This document shows, in pieces, positions 20,003 through 30,023 of a stretch of DNA of 64,000 nt. The translations under genes and the position numbers were made by a program. How positions within the stretch are numbered: position 1 is the first letter of the stretch; each line of letters begins with the position of its first letter. The notes beneath the pieces are model-generated. The model saw only the letters and a list, made by a program, of their open reading frames with translations, searched no databases and was not told the origin of the DNA. The stretch is from an uncultured Thermoleophilia bacterium (GTDB lineage: Bacteria; Actinomycetota; Thermoleophilia; UBA2241): NCBI GenBank assembly GCA_963775255.1, contig CAVZIA010000012.1, positions 15,919 through 79,918 of the forward strand. The letters run 5' to 3'.

Positions 20003-22171
20003 TCACGGCGTGAAGCGGAACCCCTGCTCCACCATGACCCGCTCGCAGGCCGCCACGACGTCAGGGTCGTAGCGCACGCCGGCGCCGTCACGGATCTCGG
20101 CCAGCGCGGCGTCCGCGCCGAGCGCCGCGCGGTAGGGGCGGTGCGAGGACATTGCCTCGACGACATCGGCCACCGACAGGATCCGCGTCTCGATGAGCAA
20201 CTGCTCACCGGTCAGGCCGCTGGGATAGCCGGACCCGTCGAGCCGCTCGTGGTGCTGAAGCACCATCGTGGCGACGGGGCGGCCGAAGTCGATGACCGAG
20301 AGGATCTCGTAGCCCGCCTGAGCGTGCTGCTTGATCAGGTTGAACTCGACGTCACTGAGACGTCCGGGCTTGGCGAGGATCTCGGCGGGCACGGCGATCT
20401 TGCCGATGTCGTGGATGAGAGAACCTAGCCGCAGGCCGTTCAGCTCGGCGTCGCCGAGGCCGAGCTCACGGCCGATGGCCGTGGCCAGCTCGGCGACGCG
20501 CCGCTCGTGCCCGGCCGTGTACGGGTCGCGCGTCTCCACCACCTGGCTCATGGCCAGGACGGCGCCTTCGACGGTGCGCCGCAGCTGCTCTGCCTGGCGG
20601 CGCACCTCCTCCTGCGCCTGGACCTGGCCGGTGACGTCGATCATGAGGCCGCCCACGAGCGGCGACCCGCCGTCGCACACGATGGGGAAGTGCAGCGAGT
20701 GGAGGTACTTGACCTCGTCACTGCGTCGCATGGTGATCACTTCGTCGACCATGTCGCCGGCCAGGGCGCGCTCGGCGGCCGCATTGGACGCCGTGGCCAC
20801 GTCCTTCGGCCAGATCTCCTCCGGGCGCTTGCCGAGCCACCCATCTGATCCGCCCTCATCGATGGCGCCCCAGAGTGAGCTGAGGTACAGATAGCGGCCC
20901 TCGGGATCCTTGATGGTCACGAAGCCCGGGACCTGCTCGGCGAGACTGCGGAAGCGTTCATCGCTCTCCGCGAGCGCCAGCCGGGCCCTGTGACGGTCGG
21001 TGATGTCGTCGAGCGCGACCGTGACGTGGGAGGCGCCGTCCATGACCATAGGCTCGGCGCCCATGCGCAGCCAGAGCGTGTCCGGCCGGCCGTTCCGAGT
21101 GGTCTCGAGCGCCAGTTCCAGGCCGCGCAGCGACGTGCCGCCCTTGAGCGCCGCCTGCACGGCATCGCGCAGCGGGCACAACGGGCACTCGTCCGAGAAG
21201 CCGCATCCACGCTCGTTCTCCAGGCTGTGCACGCAGCCGAGCAGGTCGCCGCACTGGGTGCGGCTCGCGGGTCGGTGCTCGAGCAGCGCGACGCCGCCCT
21301 CACCGATGAGGCACAGGGCGGCTCGGTTCACCCGCACCACGTTGACCTGGTCGTCGAACACGATCATGGCCACGGGTGAGGACTCGAAGATCGCGGCCAG
21401 GTTCGCGCGCTCGGCGTCCAGGGCCTCCTCGGCCACCACGCGTTTCGTGACGTCGCGGCCATAGGCTACGAGGGCGTCTGCGGCCGGGAGGTGGTTTGCC
21501 GTGATGTCGAGCACGAACCCGCCGCCGGGGCGCCGCCTGTCCAGGCGGAGCTGAAGCTCGCCGTGCTCGACCGCCTCCGCCCACTGGCCCCGCCAGTCGG
21601 CCTCCGTGAGGCCGGGGTCCAGGTCCCACAACGCGCGGCCCACGACTTCGTCCCTGGGCTTGCCGAACGTCCCGCATGCGAAGTCGTTGGCGTAGAGCAC
21701 GGCGCCATCGGGCGCCGTCGTGGTGATCGAGAGTGACGCGTGGTCGAGAGCGAAGAGCGCCATACGCGCGGATTCGGCTGCCCGGCGATGCGCACGGCGC
21801 AGGTCGGCGCCGTCTACGGCGCGCCGCACGGCCGGAGCCAGACGCGTGAGGTTGTCCTTGAGCACGTAGTCCACCGCGCCGGCCGACATGGTGGCGACCG
21901 CGGTGTCCTCGTCGATGCTGCCCGACACGGTGATGGCCGGCAGGTCGGGCGTCAGTTCGGCGATGAGGCGCAGCGCCTCGATGCCGGAGAACCCCGGGAT
22001 GTTGTAGTCGACCAGGGCGATGTGCCAGGACTCGGCGGCCAGCGCGGCGCGAAGCCCGTCCTCCGACTCGACCCGGTCCCACTGTGGGTCGAGCTCCGCG
22101 TCGCGAAGACGACGCAGCTGCAAATCGACGTCGTCCTGACTGTCTTCGACGAACAGGATCCTGACGCTCAC
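20003..22171 (-). CDS. Receiver-PAS(x3)-HD-GYP c-di-GMP phosphodiesterase
   Basis: REC (ILFVEDS, D.NIPG, DYVLKD); PAS domains; HDIGK, HHERLDGSGYP, SHRPYR. Confidence 0.92.
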   Translation of the reverse strand: MSVRILFVEDSQDDVDLQLRRLRDAELDPQWDRVESEDGLRAALAAESWHIALVDYNIPGFSGIEALRLIAELTPDLPAITVSGSIDEDTAVATMSAGAVDYVLKDNLTRLAPAVRRAVDGADLRRAHRRAAESARMALFALDHASLSITTTAPDGAVLYANDFACGTFGKPRDEVVGRALWDLDPGLTEADWRGQWAEAVEHGELQLRLDRRRPGGGFVLDITANHLPAADALVAYGRDVTKRVVAEEALDAERANLAAIFESSPVAMIVFDDQVNVVRVNRAALCLIGEGGVALLEHRPASRTQCGDLLGCVHSLENERGCGFSDECPLCPLRDAVQAALKGGTSLRGLELALETTRNGRPDTLWLRMGAEPMVMDGASHVTVALDDITDRHRARLALAESDERFRSLAEQVPGFVTIKDPEGRYLYLSSLWGAIDEGGSDGWLGKRPEEIWPKDVATASNAAAERALAGDMVDEVITMRRSDEVKYLHSLHFPIVCDGGSPLVGGLMIDVTGQVQAQEEVRRQAEQLRRTVEGAVLAMSQVVETRDPYTAGHERRVAELATAIGRELGLGDAELNGLRLGSLIHDIGKIAVPAEILAKPGRLSDVEFNLIKQHAQAGYEILSVIDFGRPVATMVLQHHERLDGSGYPSGLTGEQLLIETRILSVADVVEAMSSHRPYRAALGADAALAEIRDGAGVRYDPDVVAACERVMVEQGFRFTP

Positions 22172-22250
22172 TCATGCCCCCTTCGGCCCCGCACTCCCCT
22201 GCGCGCGAAGCATGCTCGCAGGGGGAGCGGGCTGTATCGACGGCCTCGGT

Positions 22251-23408
22251 TCAGCAGCCGGTGAGAAACGCCTGGGCCTTCTCCATCCAGGCGGGCACAT
22301 CGATGCCCTGAGGGCACTTCTCGACGCACTCGCCGCAAGCGGTGCACCGGTCGGCGCGCTCTTCCGGGCTCCAGAAGGTGTTGTAGACGAACTGCTGCCG
22401 CGGCAGGTTCTCGTACATGTGGGCGTCGTTGTACAGGTCGAACACACCGGGGATGTCGACGCCCTGCGCGCACGGCATGCAGTAGCGGCAGGCCGTGCAG
22501 GGGATGGGGCTGAGCTCGCGATACAGGTCGCGCACGCGCGCCACCAGCGCGAGCTCCTCCCGCGTCAGCAGACCGGGGCGGCAGGCGCCGGCCAGCCTGA
22601 GGTTCTCGTCCACGTGATCCATGGTGCTCATGCCGCTGAGCAGGAACGAGACCTCGGGGTGACTCCAGACCCACTGGAGCGCCCACTCGGCCGGGGTGCG
22701 CCGGAGCGGAGCCTCGTCCCACACGGCCTGCACTCGCGGCGGCACGTTGCTGGCTAGGGCGCCGCCGCGCACCGGCTCCATGACGATGACGCCGAGGCCT
22801 TTGCCGGCCGCCAGCTCCAGCCCCTTGCGGCCGGCCTGGTAGTCCTCGTCCATATAGTTGTACTGGATCTGGACGAACTCCCACAGGTCCGTAGCGCCGA
22901 GGATCTTCTCGAAGTCCTCGTACACGCCGTGGAAGCTGAACCCGAGGTGGCCGATGCGGCCGTCAGCGAGCGCCCGCCCGGCCGACGCCAGCTGGTCCTG
23001 CTCCACGACCGTCCGCCAGTGAGCCTCGTCCAGCGAGTGCAGCAGGTAGAAGTCGAGGTGGTCGGTCTGCAGCCGCTCGAGCTGGATGGCGAGGATGCGG
23101 TCGAAGTCCGACGGCTTCTCGACGTTCCAGACGGGCATCTTGGTCGCCAGCTTGACCCGCTCACGCCAGCCGCCCTGCAGCGCGCGGCCGAGCCAAGTCT
23201 CGCAGTTGTTCTCGTGGTACATCCAGGCGGTGTCGACGTAGTTCACACCGCCCTCGATGGCGCGGTGCAGCATCGCGTCGGCGAGGTCGTGGTCGATGTT
23301 CTTGAAGTCCGGCCTGCCGTCGTCGCCCGGCAGCACCGGCAGGCGCATGGCGCCGAAGCCGAGGGCAGAGGGCTTGAAGTCGAGGCGTCCGAAGTCGCGG
23401 TACTGCAT
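22251..23408 (-). CDS. Aldo/keto reductase with a C-terminal 4Fe-4S dicluster
   Basis: LGFGAMRLP, NYVDTAW.Y, CTACRYCMPC, CTACGECVEKCPQ; TACGAT-N6-ATG start. Confidence 0.9.
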   Translation of the reverse strand: MQYRDFGRLDFKPSALGFGAMRLPVLPGDDGRPDFKNIDHDLADAMLHRAIEGGVNYVDTAWMYHENNCETWLGRALQGGWRERVKLATKMPVWNVEKPSDFDRILAIQLERLQTDHLDFYLLHSLDEAHWRTVVEQDQLASAGRALADGRIGHLGFSFHGVYEDFEKILGATDLWEFVQIQYNYMDEDYQAGRKGLELAAGKGLGVIVMEPVRGGALASNVPPRVQAVWDEAPLRRTPAEWALQWVWSHPEVSFLLSGMSTMDHVDENLRLAGACRPGLLTREELALVARVRDLYRELSPIPCTACRYCMPCAQGVDIPGVFDLYNDAHMYENLPRQQFVYNTFWSPEERADRCTACGECVEKCPQGIDVPAWMEKAQAFLTGC

Positions 23409-23524
23409 ACTTGTATCGTACCGGATTCGAGCCGTCCGCGACGCGCCGCGGACCCGCCGTGCGGTGACGCACGCGGCCGAGTCAGCCGATAGACTCGGCC
23501 CCAGTCGTCCCGAGGAGCCACACC

Positions 23525-24448
23525 ATGCCCAAGATCGTCCAGCACCCCGAGATCCTCGTCCAAGCCCGCAGAGGCGGGATCGTCGAGAGCCTGCACCGTG
23601 CATGCGCCGCGCTCGCCGGCCCGGACGGCGAGATCGTCGAGCGCTGGGGGGACCCCGGCATGGTCACGTACTGGCGCTCGTCGGCCAAACCGCTGCAGGC
23701 GCAGGCGTGGCTCGCCGACGGCACCATCGCGCACTTCGGCTGGGGCGCCGAGGAGCTGGCCATCATGAGCGCCTCGCACGACGGGCTCGACTTCCAGGCG
23801 GACCTGGTGCGACGCATGCTCGCCGACCTCGGCCTCACCGAGTCCGACCTGCGCTGCGACGCCACGAAGAAGGCGCGCCACAACTGCTCGGGCAACCACA
23901 CCGGCTTCCTCGCCGCCTGCGTGTACCACGGCTGGGACGTGCCCACCTACCAGCAGCCGGACCACCCGGCGCAGCGGGCCGCGCTCAAGGCCTTCGCGGC
24001 GCTGACCGGTGTCGCCGCCGGAGCGCTGGCCACCGGCGTCGACGGCTGCGGCATCGTCTGCTACGCCACGCCGGTGACGGTCGCCGCCGCCGCCTTCGCC
24101 CTCCTCCCCGAACTGCTGCCGGAGATCAGCGCCGCCATGCGCGCGCACCCGGAGCTCGTCGAGGGACCCGGGGAGATCGACACCGAGGTCATGCGCGCGC
24201 TCCCCGGCGCCACCAGCAAGTGCGGCGCCGAGGGCCTCAGCTGCTTCTCGCTTCCGGACGGGCGCGGGCTCGCCGTCAAGGTCGTCGACGGCGCCGACCG
24301 CGCCCACGAGCCCGCCGGTCTGGCGGCGCTCGAGGCGGTCGCCGGCGCCGACGTGATGACCGACGAGCTGCGCCGCCTCGCCCGCCCGCCGATCACGAAC
24401 GACGCCGGCGACGAGGTCGGCGAGCTCCTTGCCGTCATTCCCGAGTAG
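23525..24448 (+). CDS. L-asparaginase II (Rhizobium etli-type)
   Basis: RSSAKPLQA, ASH.G, HNCSG.H, DGCG, K.GAEG. Confidence 0.85.
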   Translation: MPKIVQHPEILVQARRGGIVESLHRACAALAGPDGEIVERWGDPGMVTYWRSSAKPLQAQAWLADGTIAHFGWGAEELAIMSASHDGLDFQADLVRRMLADLGLTESDLRCDATKKARHNCSGNHTGFLAACVYHGWDVPTYQQPDHPAQRAALKAFAALTGVAAGALATGVDGCGIVCYATPVTVAAAAFALLPELLPEISAAMRAHPELVEGPGEIDTEVMRALPGATSKCGAEGLSCFSLPDGRGLAVKVVDGADRAHEPAGLAALEAVAGADVMTDELRRLARPPITNDAGDEVGELLAVIPE

Positions 24449-24534
24449 TACCGGCGCCTGCTGAGGCCCGACGGCGCCGGCGCGTACTCATCCCGCCGGG
24501 GTGGTGGTGTCCTCAGGGGGTCGGAGCCTCCGTT

Positions 24535-24710
24535 GGCGCCATCTGAGGTGCCATCTGAGATGCCATCGAGGGCGCCGTCCAAGGCTCCGACCCCCGACGC
24601 GCATACTTCCCCCTCCTGCCGGGGCCGGCGCACATCGTCAGCGCACGGGCCGCACGGGCGCACAGGCCGCACAGACCGCACGGGCGTACGGGCCGTACAG
24701 ACCGCACGGG
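24535..24710. repeat. Intergenic degenerate tandem repeats (12-bp GCCATCTGAGGT-like, then 8-9-bp GCACGGGCC/GCACAGACC-like)
   Basis: gcgccatctgaggtgccatctgagatgccatcgagg and gcacgggccgcacgggcgcacaggccgcacagaccgcacgggcgtacgggccgtacagaccgcacggg. Confidence 0.7.
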
Positions 24711-24805
24711 CAGCACCGGCCTCGTACGCGCGGAGGGGCGGGACGCCGGCGGGCGCCCCGCCCCTCCGCTATCCGGCTGAGCCACCGCCGAAGCGGCCCC
24801 CCGGC

Positions 24806-26644
24806 TCAGCCCTCTTCGGCCCTCGGCTTGCGCCTCAGAAGGACCAGGACGACGGCTACGATCACGATGACCACTGCCACGACGATGATGATCAGCGTCG
24901 TGTCGGACGAGCTCGACGTCGTCGTCGTCTCGGCCGCCTTGGGCCCGATCTTGTAGTAGTTGCTGACGTTGTCGCTGATGTACGCGACTGCCCCGTTGGG
25001 CTGCGGGATGCGCTGCCAGCCCTCCCACTTGGCCGTGTTCCAGGCCTCGAGCAGCTTGGGGTAGGTCAGAACGATGTACGGGCTCTGCTCGTACAGGATC
25101 TGCTGCATCTGGTAGGTGATGGCCTTGCGTTTCTGCGGGTCGAGCTCTTTGGACTGCTGCAACCACAGCTGGTCGTACTGCTTGTCGGACCAGCAGGCGT
25201 CGTTCTGGTTCTCGATCTGCACGGTGCGGAAGTAGCCGAGCCGGCGGCCGGGGTCGGAGCCGCTCGGCTGCCACGCCCAGATGTACATGTCGTAGTCCGG
25301 CTTGTACGTGTTGCCGACGTAGTTCCAGCCCCCGTCGATGAGCGTGCCGTTGTCCTCGACGGAGTACTGGATGTCGAGGCCCAGGCTCTGCCACCAGCCG
25401 GTGATGAGCTTGCCCATGACCTGGCTCTGCGCCGACTCGGTTCGTGACCAGAGGCGCAGCTTGATGTCCTTGCCGCCGTTCTTGGGGTCGTTCAGGATGC
25501 CGTCGCCGTCGGTGTCCTTGTAGCCGGCGTCGGCGAGCGCCTGCTTGGCCTTGGCGAGGTCGAATGTGTACTTGACATCGGCCGGAGGCTCCCAGTGCCA
25601 ATCGAGGTTGGGGTCGTAGAAGTTGACCTCGAAGATGGACGTCCCCGGATCGGCGTAGCCCTGGTAGGCGAGAGCGGTCAGCTTGTCCTCGTCGACAGCC
25701 CAGTTGAGCGCCCGGCGGAACTTGGCGTCTTTGAGCACGGGGTTGCCGAGCGACGGGCCCGTGTAGCAGTTGAACGACAGGTAGTCGAAAGCTTTCTGCG
25801 AGCACGCATCCGAAGCGAGGTCGGGGTCGCTCTGCAGCGCCTTGACCTGTGCAGGCGGGATGTTGATGGCCAGGTCGATGGCGCCGAGTTTGAGGTCCTG
25901 CGCCAGCGTGTCCTGGTTCTGGTAGTCCGTGAAGACGATCTCGTCGACCTCGGGCTTGCCGCCCCAGTAGTCCTTGTTGGCCACGCAGCGGATGTACTCG
26001 CCCTTCTTCCACTCCACGACCTGGAAGGGGCCCGACCCGACGATCGGCGGTCTATTGAGGTACTTCGTGGCCTGGTCGTACGTCTTGAACTTGCTCCAGA
26101 TGTGCTCCGGCACCACCGGTACCCACATGGAGAGGATGTCCGCCTTCGGCTGACTGCAGGTGATGACCAGGGTGGTGTCGTCCGGCGCCACGGCGCTCTT
26201 GATGCCGTCGAGCGCGGAGAGGAACGCGGTGAGCTCCAGGTCCTTCTGGTAGGTGTAGCTGAAGGCGACGTCATGGGCGGTGAGCGGCACGCCGTCGCTC
26301 CACATGACCCCCTGCCTGATCTTGAAGGTCCACGTCAGGCCGTCCGGGCTCGTCGTCCAGCTCTCGGCGAGCCCCGGCGACGTCGACAGGTACTTGTCGT
26401 CGTAGTTGGTCAGGAAGTCGTAGCTGACGTGGAAGAGCTCGTAGCTGGACTGCTCGATACCCACGAACGGGTTGAGGTTGTCGGGCTCGGTGGTCCAGCC
26501 CACTTTGAGCGTGACCTGGCCGGCGGCCGGCGACGGGCTCGAGGCGCCGGCCAGAGCTGCCGAGAGGCCCCAGACCAGGCCGATGGCCAGCACCAGGATG
26601 ACGAGAAGGACGAGCCGTGAGGAGCGACGTGGAAGCGCAGCCAT
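24806..26644 (-). CDS. Family 5 (peptide/nickel) ABC substrate-binding protein with a C-terminal TM anchor
   Basis: EPDNLNPF, WSDGVPLTAHDVAFS, GSGPF; Thr/Ser linker, TM helix and RRK tail. Confidence 0.9.
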   Translation of the reverse strand: MAALPRRSSRLVLLVILVLAIGLVWGLSAALAGASSPSPAAGQVTLKVGWTTEPDNLNPFVGIEQSSYELFHVSYDFLTNYDDKYLSTSPGLAESWTTSPDGLTWTFKIRQGVMWSDGVPLTAHDVAFSYTYQKDLELTAFLSALDGIKSAVAPDDTTLVITCSQPKADILSMWVPVVPEHIWSKFKTYDQATKYLNRPPIVGSGPFQVVEWKKGEYIRCVANKDYWGGKPEVDEIVFTDYQNQDTLAQDLKLGAIDLAINIPPAQVKALQSDPDLASDACSQKAFDYLSFNCYTGPSLGNPVLKDAKFRRALNWAVDEDKLTALAYQGYADPGTSIFEVNFYDPNLDWHWEPPADVKYTFDLAKAKQALADAGYKDTDGDGILNDPKNGGKDIKLRLWSRTESAQSQVMGKLITGWWQSLGLDIQYSVEDNGTLIDGGWNYVGNTYKPDYDMYIWAWQPSGSDPGRRLGYFRTVQIENQNDACWSDKQYDQLWLQQSKELDPQKRKAITYQMQQILYEQSPYIVLTYPKLLEAWNTAKWEGWQRIPQPNGAVAYISDNVSNYYKIGPKAAETTTTSSSSDTTLIIIVVAVVIVIVAVVLVLLRRKPRAEEG

Positions 26645-26899
26645 GGGCCTTCCTTTCTGCGCCGGCGGGCTGAGGCGGCGTGCCCTCGCCGGCGAGCCGG
26701 GCGGCTGCCCGCCCCGGGCGGCCGCACAGCGCCCCCCGGCGCCGCGCACACAGGCTACGCAATGCGGGGCCGCCGGCGCAAGGGCTCGTGATGCACTGAT
26801 ATGCAGGCGCGCGCCTCGCGACCGTGAGATACACTCGCCCTTCTCCCGCACGAGGCCGGCGCACCCGGCGCCGGCCGGGACCGATGGAAGGAGGGCGAC

Positions 26900-27769
26900 A
26901 TGACACTCAAGCTTGGGCTGCCGAAGGGGAGCCTCGAGCACGCGACCATCGACCTCTTTCGCCGCGCGGGGTTCCTCATCACCGTCGCGGAGCGGTCGTA
27001 CTTCCCTGCCATCGACGACCCCGGCATCGAGTGCATGCTGGTGCGCGCCCAGGAGATGGCGCGCTACGTGGAGGACGGCGCCCTGGATTGCGGCCTCACC
27101 GGCCACGACTGGGTCGTGGAGAACGAGGCCACGGTCCACACGGTCGGCGACCTCGTGTACGCCAAGCAGAGCTTCGGAAAGGTGCGCTGGGTGCTCGCCG
27201 TGCCGGAACAGTCACCGGTGCGGTCCCCCGCCGATCTCCAGGGCAAGATCGTCGCCACCGAGCTGGTCGGGGTCACCCGACGGTGGCTGGCCGAGCGCGG
27301 CGTCACCGCCAGGCTCGAGTTCAGCTGGGGAGCCACCGAGGCCAAGCTCCCCGAGCTGGCCGACGCGATCGTCGAGGTCACCGAGACCGGCAGCTCCCTG
27401 CGCGCCAACAAGCTCCGCGTCGTCGAGACGGTGCTCGAGAGCACCACCCAGTTCATCGCCAACGTGGCCAGCTGGGAGGACGCGGAGAAGCGCCGCAAGA
27501 TCGAGGACATCTCGATGTTGCTCCAGGGCGCGATGGCGGCGCTCGACAAGGTCGGCCTGATGCTCAACGTGCGTACCGGCGACCTGGACGCGGTGCTGGC
27601 GGTCCTGCCGGCCCTGCGCAAGCCGACCATCTCACACCTCAGCGATGCCGGATGGGTGGCCGTCAACACGATCCTCGAGGAGAGCGTGGTCCGTGAGATC
27701 ATCCCACGCCTCAAGGAGGCCGGCGGCGAGGGCATCGTGGAGTTCCCGCTGAACAAGATCGTGATGTAG
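26900..27769 (+). CDS. hisG: ATP phosphoribosyltransferase (long form)
   Basis: [29 protein letters not shown]; C-terminal regulatory domain. Confidence 0.95.
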   Translation: MTLKLGLPKGSLEHATIDLFRRAGFLITVAERSYFPAIDDPGIECMLVRAQEMARYVEDGALDCGLTGHDWVVENEATVHTVGDLVYAKQSFGKVRWVLAVPEQSPVRSPADLQGKIVATELVGVTRRWLAERGVTARLEFSWGATEAKLPELADAIVEVTETGSSLRANKLRVVETVLESTTQFIANVASWEDAEKRRKIEDISMLLQGAMAALDKVGLMLNVRTGDLDAVLAVLPALRKPTISHLSDAGWVAVNTILEESVVREIIPRLKEAGGEGIVEFPLNKIVM

Positions 27770-27838
27770 GAGCGCGAGGCGCCGGCGGCCGCAGGCTGGG
27801 CCGGCGCTCGCTGAAGCGCCTCTTCCCCGCCCCGCCGG

Positions 27839-28597
27839 TCAGCCTGTGAGTGCGCGCGCGGCCGCCAGGGCCTCCCGCTCACTCAGGCGGCCGTAGCTCC
27901 GGAGCACCTCGTGGGCGCTCACCGGGACCCAGATGTAGCCGTCCCGGTCGTCGCCCAGCGGCGCGGCCACACCCTGCACGAAACGCCAGGCAGTGAGCGC
28001 CGCCGCCAGCGCGTCCAGCGAGTCGTGGTCGTAGTACTCGTCCCACACAAGCCCGGCGGCGCGCAGCGTGGCCACGCGGACGCGCAGGCCCGCGCGGGTG
28101 CTCTTCGCCGGCGGCGTGCCGCCCAGCAGGGTCGCGAACGTGGCGTGCGGGTAGACCTCGAGCGCCGCCGGCGCCTCCCCGAGCATGCCGGCCATCGTGC
28201 CGGGGGCCGGGGGCTCGAAGCCGCGCCGGCCGAGCTCGCGGAAGTACTCCCACCCGGTCTCCATCCACGTGTAGAGGCCACCCGCCCCTTCGGCGACCAC
28301 GCGTGTGGGCACCTGGTAGATGGAGATGCGCCTGTGGGCCAGTGCGGCGTCACAGGCGCGCGGGCGTGAAGCCGCGCCTCCGCGCGCCCGTCGCGGCCGC
28401 TGCGGCGCGTCCACGCCGACGGCCACCGCGCCAAGTCCGTCGAGCCACCCGAACAGCCGCTCCCGGTCGCCGGCCTCGCGGTCGTCGGCCTCACGCCACG
28501 AGGCGACCTCGAGCGTGCGCCCGCAGCGCACCGCGACGGCCACACACGGCCTGCTCGCGGCGATGTCGACACCGACGACCACCGGGCCCGGTTCCAT
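27839..28597 (-). CDS. DUF429 family predicted nuclease (RNase H fold)
   Basis: VGVD, VGVDAP, R.CD, EVYPH, DSLDA. Confidence 0.8.
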   Translation of the reverse strand: MEPGPVVVGVDIAASRPCVAVAVRCGRTLEVASWREADDREAGDRERLFGWLDGLGAVAVGVDAPQRPRRARGGAASRPRACDAALAHRRISIYQVPTRVVAEGAGGLYTWMETGWEYFRELGRRGFEPPAPGTMAGMLGEAPAALEVYPHATFATLLGGTPPAKSTRAGLRVRVATLRAAGLVWDEYYDHDSLDALAAALTAWRFVQGVAAPLGDDRDGYIWVPVSAHEVLRSYGRLSEREALAAARALTG

Positions 28598-28662
28598 GGG
28601 CGCAGCCTAGCAGACCCGGGCCGCGCCGCATAAGGAGACGGACGGCGGCGCGGCCGGCGGCG

Positions 28663-29937
28663 TCAGGGAGCGGCGATACTGACGCTGCGCACACCCCAGC
28701 GCTGCCAGTGCGGGTAGGCGCCTCGGGCGACGAAGCCGATGACGTTGCGCGACTTGGGGTTGAGCAGCGCCGCCGGGATCGTCACCGTGCGGTACCGGCT
28801 CCACTTCCTGACCGGCCCGGCGCGGAGCGCCCCCGCGTCCTGCCAGTTCACGAGCAGGCGGACCTCTCGGGTCTGCACATCGAACAGGCGGAAGCGCAGC
28901 ACCCTGTCGCCCTTCTGACCGGTGGTCTCGTAGAAGACCTCCTTGGGATGCGTACGCTCGGCGCCGCAGAATCCGAGCGGCGCCGCGAACGGCAGAGCCG
29001 GCGGCAGGGCGGCGCTCTGGCGAGGGTTGAAGCGCACGTTCCGCAACTGCACCCACGAGGCCTCGCTCGTGTGCGCGAAGTCGTACAGGCTGCCGCCGAG
29101 CGCCCCGTTCTCGCGCAGGGCCCGCACGTAGGCCATGGTCTCGCTCTTCGACGACTTCGCCGAGTCACCGCCGATGACGTGGATGGGGACGTTCGGCATG
29201 CCGGTCTTCTCCCGGATGATGCGGATGTTGTCGCGCGTATCTCGGTACGCGTTCGCGTAGCCGTCGCCGTGATACGTGTAATAGCCCATGGGCACGAAGA
29301 CGTCGTAGATGGCCGCAAGACCGGCGTAAGGGAAGCCGGGCCAGATGCTCGGGGACTTGGTCATCCCGGCAGGCGACATGATGCACGCGCCGAGCGGGTA
29401 CCTGCTGCCGACCTTGGCGCGGATCTTCTTCGAGAGCGTGAGCACGCGCTTCGTGCGTGTGCTCGCCGGCCTGACCGTGGTCGCTTCGATGTCGAGGGTG
29501 AACGAGTCGAACTTCTGTCCGCCGGCGCTGCGGAAGTCGATGGCCGCCTTGCTGCGCGCCCAGTCCTTGGACATGTCCGTGAACCCCGGCAGGTACCAGG
29601 CGACCACCTTGATACCCTGGGCGTGGCACTGCTCGATGATCGTGCCGAGGGCGTCGCGCCGATACACCGTCTCAGAGCCCTCCGGCAGGTGGTAGTTGGC
29701 CGTCTCGACGTAGAGTGTGCCGACTCCGCGCGCCTTCATGTCCCCGGCGAGGTTCGCGGCGGCCTTGGCCGGGTTCTTCCACGCGCTCGTGTAGTCGTAC
29801 ATGTCGAACCACGTGCCCAGTCCGCGATAGGCGCGGACAGGTGCAGACGCGGCCGCGGCACGCGGCAGCGGCGCGGCCGCCCCCACGACGAGGACGAACG
29901 CCAAGGCGATGAACAGGCTGGAAAGACGGACCCTCAC
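28663..29937 (-). CDS. Secreted glycoside hydrolase-like TIM-barrel protein
   Basis: Signal peptide; GLGTWFDMYD, KVVAWYLP, TLDIE, PMGYY, GGSLYD. Confidence 0.65.
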   Translation of the reverse strand: MRVRLSSLFIALAFVLVVGAAAPLPRAAAASAPVRAYRGLGTWFDMYDYTSAWKNPAKAAANLAGDMKARGVGTLYVETANYHLPEGSETVYRRDALGTIIEQCHAQGIKVVAWYLPGFTDMSKDWARSKAAIDFRSAGGQKFDSFTLDIEATTVRPASTRTKRVLTLSKKIRAKVGSRYPLGACIMSPAGMTKSPSIWPGFPYAGLAAIYDVFVPMGYYTYHGDGYANAYRDTRDNIRIIREKTGMPNVPIHVIGGDSAKSSKSETMAYVRALRENGALGGSLYDFAHTSEASWVQLRNVRFNPRQSAALPPALPFAAPLGFCGAERTHPKEVFYETTGQKGDRVLRFRLFDVQTREVRLLVNWQDAGALRAGPVRKWSRYRTVTIPAALLNPKSRNVIGFVARGAYPHWQRWGVRSVSIAAP

Positions 29938-30023
29938 GAGCACACCCCCCACGGTGGCCGGTACTGCGTCGTCCAGTATAGCCGTGGTAGTGTGCTGCCG
30001 ACACCGGCCGTGAGGAGGGGCAT

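Noticed and set aside
24502-24530. TGGTGTCCTCAGGGGGTCGGAGCC as a tRNA 3' remnant or att site
   Set aside because: No proper T-arm, no match to the tRNA-Phe in this window, and no integrase nearby.
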